From an uncultured virus (IMG/VR IMGVR_UViG_2508501054_000004) (Duplodnaviria; Heunggongvirae; Uroviricota; Caudoviricetes), in IMG/VR virus record IMGVR_UViG_2508501054_000004: 26,391 bases of DNA; one strand, given 5' to 3'. Of the stretch, positions 19,042 through 26,391 are shown in pieces. Made by a program: the position numbers and the translations under genes. Positions within the stretch are counted from its first letter, which is position 1. Every line of letters starts with the position of its first letter. The notes beneath the pieces were generated by a model that was given only the letters and a program-made list of their open reading frames with translations, made no database searches and was not told where the DNA came from.

Positions 19042-19645
19042 NNNNNNNNNNNNNNNNNNNNNNNNNNNNNNNNNNNNNNNNNNNNNNNNNNNNNNNNNNN
19101 NNNNNNNNNNNNNNNNNNNNNNNNNNNNNNNNNNNNNNNNNNNNNNNNNNNNNNNNNNNNNNNNNNNNNNNNNNNNNNNNNNNNNNNNNNNNNNNNNNNN
19201 NNNNNNNNNNNNNNNNNNNNNNNNNNNNNNNNNNNNNNNNNNNNNNNNNNNNNNNNNNNNNNNNNNNNNNNNNNNNNNNNNNNNNNNNNNNNNNNNNNNN
19301 NNNNNNNNNNNNNNNNNNNNNNNNNNNNNNNNNNNNNNNNNNNNNNNNNNNNNNNNNNNNNNNNNNNNNNNNNNNNNNNNNNNNNNNNNNNNNNNNNNNN
19401 NNNNNNNNNNNNNNNNNNNNNNNNNNNNNNNNNNNNNNNNNNNNNNNNNNNNNNNNNNNNNNNNNNNNNNNNNNNNNNNNNNNNNNNNNNNNNNNNNNNN
19501 NNNNNNNNNNNNNNNNNNNNNNNNNNNNNNNNNNNNNNNNNNNNNNNNNNNNNNNNNNNNNNNNNNNNNNNNNNNNNNNNNNNNNNNNNNNNNNNNNNNN
19601 NNNNNNNNNNNNNNNNNNNNNNNNNNNNNNNNNNNNNNNNNNNNN

Positions 19646-20008
19646 CGACAGCCCGCCCGCGTACAATGAGGGATCGGGAGTGATTTCCTCGAAGCCGACC
19701 AACTCGGAAACCTTGGCCACCACGTCCGGATGCTGGATCGCATAGGTTATGTTGCTCAGGATCTCGGGGAAGTCACTCAGATCCGTCATCGTCTTTTTCT
19801 TCTCGCGGAACGACTGGCGATCGAAGAAACCGTCAGCTGCCTTTGGAAAAGCGTCGTAGATGGTCTGCGCCATATCATCGGTCAGAAGCTCGTCTACGAT
19901 GAAATGGCGGGTATGTGTGCCTGTCGGGTTGTTCCATTGATGCCGGATGTCGTGCTGCAGGCCGTCAAGTCGTTTGACCAGCATTGCAGCGATCTCGGGG
20001 ACGTTCAT
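19646..20008 (-). CDS. 2OG-Fe(II) oxygenase-family protein, 3' part in N gap
   Basis: HFIVDELL...IYDAFP and PDPSLYAGGLS are typical of the segment preceding the HxD motif in prolyl-hydroxylase-like oxygenases. RBS AAGGA. The HxD motif itself is not visible. Confidence 0.75.
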
Positions 20009-20146
20009 CTCTATTCCTTAGGGAGCGGAGCCAGGATTTCTAAAGCATCCATTGTCTGGCATTCAGCGATAATTTCAAAGGTTTGTTTGCAGTAACAGGA
20101 GGCGTTTCGCTCACTACGATCATAGCTGCTTCTCGGCCTTTACACG

Positions 20147-20230
20147 TTTATCTATGCGTCTTTCTATTGATTTTTCTATGCGTCTTCCTATTGGTCTTCC
20201 TATGCGCTTATCTATTTACTTATCTATTTA
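20147..20230. repeat. Tandem array of seven degenerate 12-bp units with invariant CTAT
   Basis: Units: TTTATCTATGCG, TCTTTCTATTGA, TTTTTCTATGCG, TCTTCCTATTGG, TCTTCCTATGCG, CTTATCTATTTA, CTTATCTATTTA. Confidence 0.9.
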
Positions 20231-20442
20231 GTTTTCGGTTTTTGCAGTTCGGCTGTTAGCCGTTAAGGCTTCATAGTGCAAAGTGTTTAATGTGTTTACT
20301 TTTTCGCGCACAAAGTAAACCGTCTGTCTGGTAAATGCCTACAACCTGCCTCTAATAAATCCCGATCTTTGGATGATCAAATTTGATCAATGCCCAAGCG
20401 ATATAAGGTTCTGAGCGATGTGTGATGGTTTGATGGCGAGCA

Positions 20443-20477
20443 GAAAAGACTCAGGCCCGCGCAATGGCGGGCCTGAG
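20443..20477 (-). terminator. Intrinsic terminator
   Basis: 11-bp stem CTCAGGCCCGC/GCGGGCCTGAG followed by TCTTTTCT on the minus strand. Confidence 0.85.
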
Positions 20478-20553
20478 AGGGAGGTTTCGGGGAAGATTTC
20501 TTATGCTAGGATCTTCCCGTCACCGTACAGCCATGCATCTTGGAACCAATGAA
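20443..20553 (-). ncRNA. Candidate ~110-nt small RNA
   Basis: Bounded by a promoter-like sequence and a terminator, with an internal hairpin (20490-20518) and no credible ORF. Confidence 0.55.
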
Positions 20554-20559
20554 TCTCCG

Positions 20560-20588
20560 AGGGTATGGCTAGCGCACCGATGCGTCAA
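20560..20588 (-). promoter_or_regulatory. Sigma70-like promoter for the candidate sRNA
   Basis: TTGACG-N17-TACCCT on the minus strand. Confidence 0.6.
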
Positions 20589-20729
20589 CAGTCAAATACG
20601 CATGCGGCATGCGTAATTTGCCTTCAAAGCTTTGAGCGAGCACGCGATTGATATTGTGAATATCTGCGAAAGTTTCTCTGCGCGTGGACGGTGACGACTT
20701 TTAAAAAGCCCAATGGCAACTCATCGTTG

Positions 20730-20745
20730 CTGTCTATGTATACAG
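20730..20745. promoter_or_regulatory. LexA (SOS) box
   Basis: CTGTCTATGTATACAG fits CTGT-N8-ACAG with a TA-rich spacer. Confidence 0.8.
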
Positions 20746-20756
20746 GAGATATTGGT

Positions 20757-20846
20757 ATGATGCGTTTCTTCCATGAAGAGCTGATTCGGACTCTGCAAAC
20801 CCTTTACTGGGCGTTGCGCTTGTACAGCGTAATCAAACAGCTTTGA
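20757..20846 (+). CDS. Unannotated 29-aa peptide MMRFFHEELIRTLQTLYWALRLYSVIKQL
   Basis: AGGAG lies 8 nt before the ATG, with a LexA box upstream and a terminator just downstream. Confidence 0.55.
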   Translation: MMRFFHEELIRTLQTLYWALRLYSVIKQL

Positions 20847-20853
20847 CCCTACC

Positions 20854-20888
20854 CGGGGCAGAGGTGGGTTCTCTGTCCCGTTTTGTTT
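20854..20888 (+). terminator. Intrinsic terminator
   Basis: CGGGGCAGAG/CTCTGTCCCG stem with one G-U pair, followed by TTTTGTTT. Confidence 0.8.
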
Positions 20889-20967
20889 AGGCTATTACTT
20901 ATAATGCGTAAAAATTATTCTAATTCGACGTATCCAGTTTTCCGTTGCACTTGCCTACCAGGCGATA

Positions 20968-21264
20968 TCACTGGTACCGACACCACCATGACTGGGCGTA
21001 GGCGCAGCCTTCGATGTGTTCGATTCCACTCAGCACGAACCCATTGTGGGCCATTGTGGCCAACGTTACGTCCAGCAGCTCCGGCAGCCGCTGCGCCTCC
21101 TTTGGCATGCCTGCATCGAGCCAGGCAACGTTTGCATGTCTGCCAAAATGATCGCAGTGAACTGATCGGACTATTACGTTCCCTAGTACCGCTTCGAAAC
21201 GGTCCCTTTCTCTTGGCTCCAACGCTACACCCTTGCGCCTCATTGGAACGACCAAGACCTGCAT
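20968..21264 (-). CDS. Hypothetical prophage protein, second gene of an SOS-box operon
   Basis: 98 aa ending GFVLSGIEHIEGCAYAQSWWCRYQ; TGATG overlap with the upstream gene. Confidence 0.75.
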   Translation of the reverse strand: MQVLVVPMRRKGVALEPRERDRFEAVLGNVIVRSVHCDHFGRHANVAWLDAGMPKEAQRLPELLDVTLATMAHNGFVLSGIEHIEGCAYAQSWWCRYQ

Positions 21265-21512
21265 CAGGCGGCACTGTCTGATGCGGGTAGGTCCAACTGC
21301 GCTTCAATTGCGTAGGCGAGCGCTCCGTCAGCTAACTCCAACATGTCGCTGTATTCCTCTGCGCTCACGATCTGAGAGGCGTGCAAAACGCCGGCCTGCC
21401 GGACCAGCAGCTTATGGTGAATGCCGGGACTTGTGAGCAATGCGCTGCTGTCGTCCAGAAGCGCGACCCATGCAGCAACCGCTGTTTTTTTCTCTGTGTT
21501 GACCGTGGACAT
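21264..21512 (-). CDS. Hypothetical helical prophage protein (82 aa)
   Basis: MSTVNTEKK...EEYSDMLELADGALAYAIE; GGAGG RBS and a LexA box upstream. Confidence 0.75.
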   Translation of the reverse strand: MSTVNTEKKTAVAAWVALLDDSSALLTSPGIHHKLLVRQAGVLHASQIVSAEEYSDMLELADGALAYAIEAQLDLPASDSAA

Positions 21513-21535
21513 GGTGTCTACCCTCCAATAAATTA

Positions 21536-21551
21536 CTGTATGCACATACAG
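21536..21551. promoter_or_regulatory. LexA (SOS) box
   Basis: TA-CTGTATGCACATACAG, close to consensus, ~24 nt upstream of the start codon. Confidence 0.88.
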
Positions 21552-22612
21552 GACATTCGGTTGATCTTGGTTTGCCACCGGTGTCCGATGAAATGCCTGC
21601 ATCCGCTTCAGAAAATCATCTGAGGAAAATTCGCTCNNNNNNNNNNNNNNNNNNNNNNNNNNNNNNNNNNNNNNNNNNNNNNNNNNNNNNNNNNNNNNNN
21701 NNNNNNNNNNNNNNNNNNNNNNNNNNNNNNNNNNNNNNNNNNNNNNNNNNNNNNNNNNNNNNNNNNNNNNNNNNNNNNNNNNNNNNNNNNNNNNNNNNNN
21801 NNNNNNNNNNNNNNNNNNNNNNNNNNNNNNNNNNNNNNNNNNNNNNNNNNNNNNNNNNNNNNNNNNNNNNNNNNNNNNNNNNNNNNNNNNNNNNNNNNNN
21901 NNNNNNNNNNNNNNNNNNNNNNNNNNNNNNNNNNNNNNNNNNNNNNNNNNNNNNNNNNNNNNNNNNNNNNNNNNNNNNNNNNNNNNNNNNNNNNNNNNNN
22001 NNNNNNNNNNNNNNNNNNNNNNNNNNNNNNNNNNNNNNNNNNNNNNNNNNNNNNNNNNNNNNNNNNNNNNNNNNNNNNNNNNNNNNNNNNNNNNNNNNNN
22101 NNNNNNNNNNNNNNNNNNNNNNNNNNNNNNNNNNNNNNNNNNNNNNNNNNNNNNNNNNNNNNNNNNNNNNNNNNNNNNNNNNNNNNNNNNNNNNNNNNNN
22201 NNNNNNNNNNNNNNNNNNNNNNNNNNNNNNNNNNNNNNNNNNNNNNNNNNNNNNNNNNNNNNNNNNNNNNNNNNNNNNNNNNNNNNNNNNNNNNNNNNNN
22301 NNNNNNNNNNNNNNNNNNNNNNNNNNNNNNNNNNNNNNNNNNNNNNNNNNNNNNNNNNNNNNNNNNNNNNNNNNNNNNNNNNNNNNNNNNNNNNNNNNNN
22401 NNNNNNAAATATTACCTTTGCTCGAAAACGCTGAAGGCCACGGTTTACAAGGGCTGCAGCCATTTTTTTCGAGTCATATTACTAATATTACCTTTTTTCA
22501 GACCCCTCTCGAATTTTGAGCATAGGCCTGTGAAGTCGCATGCATCATTCATGACGGTTGTGCTCACATCAGTCCGATAGGGTTGGGCAAGGGGAGGCGT
22601 AGCTTGACGGAT

Positions 22613-22984
22613 TTACTTTCTGGTTGCAGAACCGAAAACGAAGCCAAGGGCGGATGTGGTTATTCCATACAGCCATTTTCTTGCTTCGTTTAGCTCTGGT
22701 GTCTCGGTGACAAAGAAGCTGCCGACAACCAAGAGTGCCGAAACACCGATAACGAAGCCCGCAATGTTTGTCGGAGCAGCGCTGCTGGTCGAGCCCCAAA
22801 ATTTGCCGAGCCAGCCTAGGTTTTGTTGATTGTGCTGAAGGTGGAAATGCTCTTTGCCGTTAGCAAAAAACGCATTTTCATCATTCCCGGAGCCATTTAC
22901 TTGAGGCGAGGCTGACTCGGCAGTCGGATCGATCACTAAAGATCCGATCCGTCTAGCTTCGTCCTCCCCCTCCCCAGAAGTCAT
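22613..22984 (-). CDS. Putative membrane protein (123 aa), candidate PanT toxin
   Basis: ATGA overlap with the DUF4065 gene; two hydrophobic segments IAGFVIGVSALLVVGSFFV and WLYGITTSALGFVFG. Confidence 0.7.
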   Translation of the reverse strand: MTSGEGEDEARRIGSLVIDPTAESASPQVNGSGNDENAFFANGKEHFHLQHNQQNLGWLGKFWGSTSSAAPTNIAGFVIGVSALLVVGSFFVTETPELNEARKWLYGITTSALGFVFGSATRK

Positions 22985-23478
22985 GCCTGAGCTGCCGGTT
23001 GAGACTTCCTCACTGCTTCTTTGAAGTACGAAGAAATTTCTGCGAAAGGGATATCCACGCCTCGCATACCCTTGCACTTACTCCATGTTGTATCCCACGG
23101 TGTGCCAGACGCATGGGTCATTTCTGATAACCGAATGCCTGAATACTTTCCGTAGCTGTTGAACACATTTTGGAGAAAGGTTCGGACATTAGGATCTGAT
23201 GGCGTTGCCGCTTCCCTGACGCCAAGGGCGTCGTAATCGAACGCTTTGCACTGGATGTCCCCAGAGCCGAAGCGTTTGAATTCATGGTAAAGGGATGGGA
23301 TTACAGGACCGTATTGCCACGCTTCAACAGGCTCGTTGATCAAAGGGCGATCGGTATAGCCCGAATACCAGCCGTGCGCGTAGTACACCAGCTTTTGCAA
23401 TTTCATCGGACTAATAGACTGGCCACTGGCGGCTGCCAGCTCCAGAAAGTAATTAGCTATCGATTTTGCGCTGAACAC
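22981..23478 (-). CDS. Panacea/SocA (DUF4065, GepA-like) antitoxin-domain protein
   Basis: Signature IANYFL...SPMKLQKLVYYAHGW...EAWQYGPVIPSLY...LSEMTH..TPW; GTG start with GGAGG RBS. Confidence 0.92.
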   Translation of the reverse strand: MFSAKSIANYFLELAAASGQSISPMKLQKLVYYAHGWYSGYTDRPLINEPVEAWQYGPVIPSLYHEFKRFGSGDIQCKAFDYDALGVREAATPSDPNVRTFLQNVFNSYGKYSGIRLSEMTHASGTPWDTTWSKCKGMRGVDIPFAEISSYFKEAVRKSQPAAQA

Positions 23479-23624
23479 GATTTGATCCTCCAGGTGCACT
23501 GGGGTGACGAAAACTGCAGGAGCGTTCGCTCCGGTTCCTCTGGACACACCCTCAGTGAAGGAGTATGGCACAGCGGATTGTGTTTCCTATCATAAATCTA
23601 TAAGGGCGAAAAGCAACTAAAAAA

Positions 23625-23640
23625 CTGTTCATGCGTACAG
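23625..23640. promoter_or_regulatory. LexA (SOS) box
   Basis: CTGTTCATGCGTACAG-TA, about 150 bp upstream of the Panacea gene. Confidence 0.7.
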
Positions 23641-23711
23641 TAGTTTTGTTCTCACCTTAACGTGTACCTACGCCAAGATCCCTCAGGGACGACCGCCGTC
23701 CGACTTTCTTG

Positions 23712-23773
23712 TTACGTCCGTTATTACGTCTAGCACAAAAAACAAGGGCCTGCATCGCTGCAAGCCCTTGATT
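23712..23773. other. att-arm region: TTACGTC direct repeats, IHF-consensus site and terminator hairpin
   Basis: TTACGTC at 23712 and 23724. AATCAAGGGCTTG on the minus strand matches WATCAANNNNTTR. Hairpin 23743-23770 has a T-tract downstream of the tRNA. Confidence 0.6.
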
Positions 23774-23777
23774 TATA

Positions 23778-23853
<76 letters not shown>

Positions 23854-23866
23854 GTAATGGGCTGCG

Positions 23867-23894
23867 AGTATATAGAGTCTGATGCGCTTGTAAA
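23867..23894 (-). promoter_or_regulatory. tRNA promoter
   Basis: TTTACA-N16-TATACT followed by a GC-rich discriminator. Confidence 0.65.
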
Positions 23895-24611
23895 GCCTAG
23901 CTGTCTGATTCAGTTGAAAAAAATCGACCGTTGGCGCTTCGGGTCGGATGTGGGCGGGTGGTGGTGCAGGACGTTTCTGTTGGTTTGGACGGATTGGTCT
24001 GTGTGGTAGGGCGGATGGCGTTGAATGCGGGCGTTGATCTTGCCTTTGGTGCGCACAGCTTGTGCCTGACAGAACGCTGGATTTTTAACCTGGTCGCGCA
24101 AACCAATACGTCCAGCGTTGATGGCGATTTGGCGTACGAACAGGCACCCATCCGACCCCGCCATTTTTGGGCAGTTGCGGGGCAGGAGGGCTTTGCATAG
24201 GCTTGTTCTCAACGGCCCAGGCTACTGAGTCAGCAGCACGGGTCGTTAGCTTTTCAGCCATGCAGATAAAGGACTATCTGATGAGTGATGCGATGGATCG
24301 TAACCGGGTTTGGGGTGTTGTTTGCCGCAGGCTGGTCATTCGCTGAAGAGTTGTTGAAGGATATTTGCAGATGCGCCTGGCCTGTTGGCTTTGCGCAGGG
24401 TGGGGCTGAGGATGGCTGTCTGAATCGCATGAATGTGCGTCTGGATGCCGACGAAGGCTTCATCGATGTATCAAGAAATGCCCGGATCCTCTGGATTCGG
24501 GCATTTTCTTGTGCGCTGGTTGCTGTTGCGTCGGATTTGCACTGGAGCTACCGGCTTTTTGGCCGATACAACTGTATCGAAAATGGCAGTCAGCCATGGA
24601 CAGCAAGTGCA

Positions 24612-25628
24612 ATGCAGAGAACGCCTACGCATTACGAGCTGCTGAGTGTTGCTCGCGATGCCTCTCCTGAGCAGATCAAGAAGGCTTATCGCAAGCTGGC
24701 GCAGAAGCTGCACCCGGACAGGAATCCAGATCCTTACGCCTCGGACATGATGGGCGTCGTCAACGCGTCTCACGATGTGCTGGCTGACCCTTCGCGGCGT
24801 GCGGCTTATGATGCGCAGCTCGCTGCCAATGAGCACAAGGCGCGTATCGATGCTGCGCGCCGCAAGCAGGCGCATGCAACGCGCGGGCAGGCGGTTCATG
24901 TGTATGCCGCCACGTCAGCAGCCGCGACCTCAGCGCCGTCTCAGGAGGCTCGTTCGGGACCGGCGCCCAAGTCCTCTTCCTACGCTTCTGCATCCCCTTC
25001 CCGTGACAGGCGTCGTCGCAGTGCGTGGCGTTGGGCGCTGTTGTTTGTGGTGTTCTGCGCGGGTGGGGCGTGGATGGGCTACGAACCGGGTGCGGGCAAG
25101 TCGTTTGTGCCGTCCGAGCCTGCGCCGGTTGCGCAGACGTGGGTCAAGCCCGCGCCTGCCGCGCCGGTCGAGGAGCCTGTAGCGAGCCCGGCGAAGCCTG
25201 CAGATGCGGCGGCGTCCGAGTGTGGCGTGCCGGCGCTTGATCCGATGGGCGCGCCTTGGCCGGACAAGGCGGGCTATGTGAAGGACATGCCGGTGCTCAA
25301 GGACAACGGCTGGTCGCAGATCACTGTGGATAACTCGGCGGGCGAGTCGGCGGTGTATGCCAAGGTTACAGATGCGGTGGGGCGCCGGGCGTTTCGGCAT
25401 GCGTTTGTGCCGGCCGGGGCGGTGTTTGTGTTCGCCAAGATGGACCCGGGGCTGTACCTGCTCAAGTACAAGATGATGAGTACGGGCTGTGCCTTTGCGT
25501 CGGGGCGGATTTTGCTGGAGGAGACGCCGATGGGCAGTCAGATCAAGTCCAGTGCCTACAAGCTGACGTTGCGCAAGCTGCAGAACCGCAGTGTGCCGTT
25601 TGCGCGGTTGAAGGATGATCAGTTTTAG
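24612..25628 (+). CDS. DnaJ (J-domain) membrane-anchored protein, host gene
   Basis: THYELLSV...IKKAYRKLAQKLHPDRN with HPD motif, then a TM segment WALLFVVFCAGGAWMGY and a C-terminal beta domain. Confidence 0.9.
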   Translation: MQRTPTHYELLSVARDASPEQIKKAYRKLAQKLHPDRNPDPYASDMMGVVNASHDVLADPSRRAAYDAQLAANEHKARIDAARRKQAHATRGQAVHVYAATSAAATSAPSQEARSGPAPKSSSYASASPSRDRRRRSAWRWALLFVVFCAGGAWMGYEPGAGKSFVPSEPAPVAQTWVKPAPAAPVEEPVASPAKPADAAASECGVPALDPMGAPWPDKAGYVKDMPVLKDNGWSQITVDNSAGESAVYAKVTDAVGRRAFRHAFVPAGAVFVFAKMDPGLYLLKYKMMSTGCAFASGRILLEETPMGSQIKSSAYKLTLRKLQNRSVPFARLKDDQF

Positions 25629-25668
25629 TAGTGGGTCATGACAGGAATGCGGCGCTGCGTATTCAGTC

Positions 25669-25691
25669 TTCGCGAACAAGTTCGCTCCTAC
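25669..25691 (-). repeat. Single Pseudomonas GTAG-type REP element
   Basis: The minus strand reads GTAGGAGCGAACTTGTTCGCGAA. Confidence 0.75.
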
Positions 25692-25812
25692 GGCCTTCGG
25701 CCAGAATCAAAGCGTCGTACTGTGAACTCACCTTTTGCAACGCTTTCAGGCGCGTTTTTGCAGGCACCGTCTCTTTCTTTTGAAGGACATTTCCGAGAGA
25801 ATCCCCGACCGC

Positions 25813-25841
25813 TTGCGCCCCTCTATCTGGGCTTCTACTCT
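25813..25841 (+). promoter_or_regulatory. Sigma70-like promoter of the C4 cassette
   Basis: TTGCGC-N17-TACTCT upstream of the a1/b1 sites. Confidence 0.5.
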
Positions 25842-25935
25842 CCGCCCGTCGCTGCCTATCAGCGATCGGGTTTAGTAGCCCGTAGTGAGTTAAGGCGTAA
25901 CACAGCCGCGTTTCATTAGGCTTCGTCCTGATGCT

Positions 25936-26014
25936 ATGGCGACTGTGCGCTTGGCACCTTCGGGTGCGCCGGTTCTTAGCTCACCGGTCTACTAACTCGC
26001 GTACAGTTGCCGCC
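25936..26014 (+). ncRNA. C4 antisense RNA motif (phage P1 C4/P4 CI-like cloverleaf)
   Basis: Closing stem GGCGACTGTGCGC/GCGTACAGTTGCC, hairpin GCACC-TTCG-GGTGC, and loops complementary to flanking sites. Confidence 0.82.
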
Positions 26015-26064
26015 TTTTCGTTTAGTAGCGAAATGGCAGCGACTTCAATAGAAGGAGCTAAAGC

Positions 26065-26391
26065 ATGGTCAAAGTAACCCCCGATCCGCCCAACAAACCG
26101 TCCAGCGCCGCACCGGTCTTCGACAAGGCTGTGGTCAAGCGCGCCATGGAGTGTTACCTGCCAATCTCCCGACCGGCCAAGGAACCCCACGACAGCAAGT
26201 TCGACTTCATCAGCCTGGAAGCCACCTTGGTGCACGCGCTGGATTTCCTGCGCTGCGCATCGGCCACCGCTCACGAACTCGGCGATGAACTGACCGGTTC
26301 GCAGCGCGATCTGGCGTTCGCTTCCATGCACATGCTGGAAATGGCCAAGGTCATGGTCGAGCGCTCGCTGGAGTGTGTCGAAGAGGTCTGA
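26065..26391 (+). CDS. Pseudomonas DUF3077/DUF6124-like small protein
   Basis: MVKVTPDPP...KRAMECYL...SLEATLVHALDFLRCASATAHE; AAGGAG RBS; lies downstream of the C4 RNA. Confidence 0.8.
   Translation: MVKVTPDPPNKPSSAAPVFDKAVVKRAMECYLPISRPAKEPHDSKFDFISLEATLVHALDFLRCASATAHELGDELTGSQRDLAFASMHMLEMAKVMVERSLECVEEV

Noticed and set aside
20147..20230. Repeat array as a CRISPR
   Set aside because: The 12-bp units are contiguous with no spacers, and no cas genes are present.
20374..20390. Anr/FNR box
   Set aside because: The sequence does not fit TTGAT-N4-ATCAA spacing.
20503..20616. 37-aa + strand ORF MLGSSRHR... after GAGGGAGG
   Set aside because: The SD is about 19 nt from the ATG, the peptide is unremarkable, and the region is better explained by the minus-strand sRNA.
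18704..22519. ORFs spanning N gaps (18387-19745, 18704-20008, 21264-22463, 21572-22519)
   Set aside because: They are artefacts of translating through Ns; only the flanking real segments were annotated.
23479..23571. Longer 196-aa start for the Panacea gene
   Set aside because: The GTG at 23478 has a strong GGAGG RBS and coincides with the start of the domain.
23897..24611. Short ORFs between the tRNA and the DnaJ gene, and the 109-aa N-terminal extension of DnaJ
   Set aside because: No recognisable motifs or RBS. The J-domain begins right after the ATG at 24612.

Overview
The window holds the late-gene half and right end of a P2-superfamily (HP1/K139-type) temperate prophage, integrated at a tRNA-Thr(UGU) in a Pseudomonas chromosome (probably P. 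syringae group; this is inference). Positions 1-19041 are head, tail, lysis, tape-measure, baseplate and tail-fibre genes, including a nested o-spanin and a -1 frameshift tail chaperone. An antisense HigA/XRE-like gene is inserted between the small terminase and head-completion genes. Positions ~19646-23770 are an AT-richer accessory region. It contains a 2OG-Fe(II) oxygenase behind a 7x12-bp repeat array, a candidate ~110-nt sRNA, an unannotated 29-aa ORF with LexA box, RBS and terminator, a two-gene operon with a LexA box, and a Panacea (DUF4065) antitoxin plus membrane-protein pair with a LexA box. Beyond the tRNA/att junction lie host sequences: a DnaJ-domain gene, a REP and a C4 antisense-RNA cassette. 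There are four N gaps; the first two appear to hide no sequence. Family assignments come from recognising sequence motifs and gene order, not from database searches.
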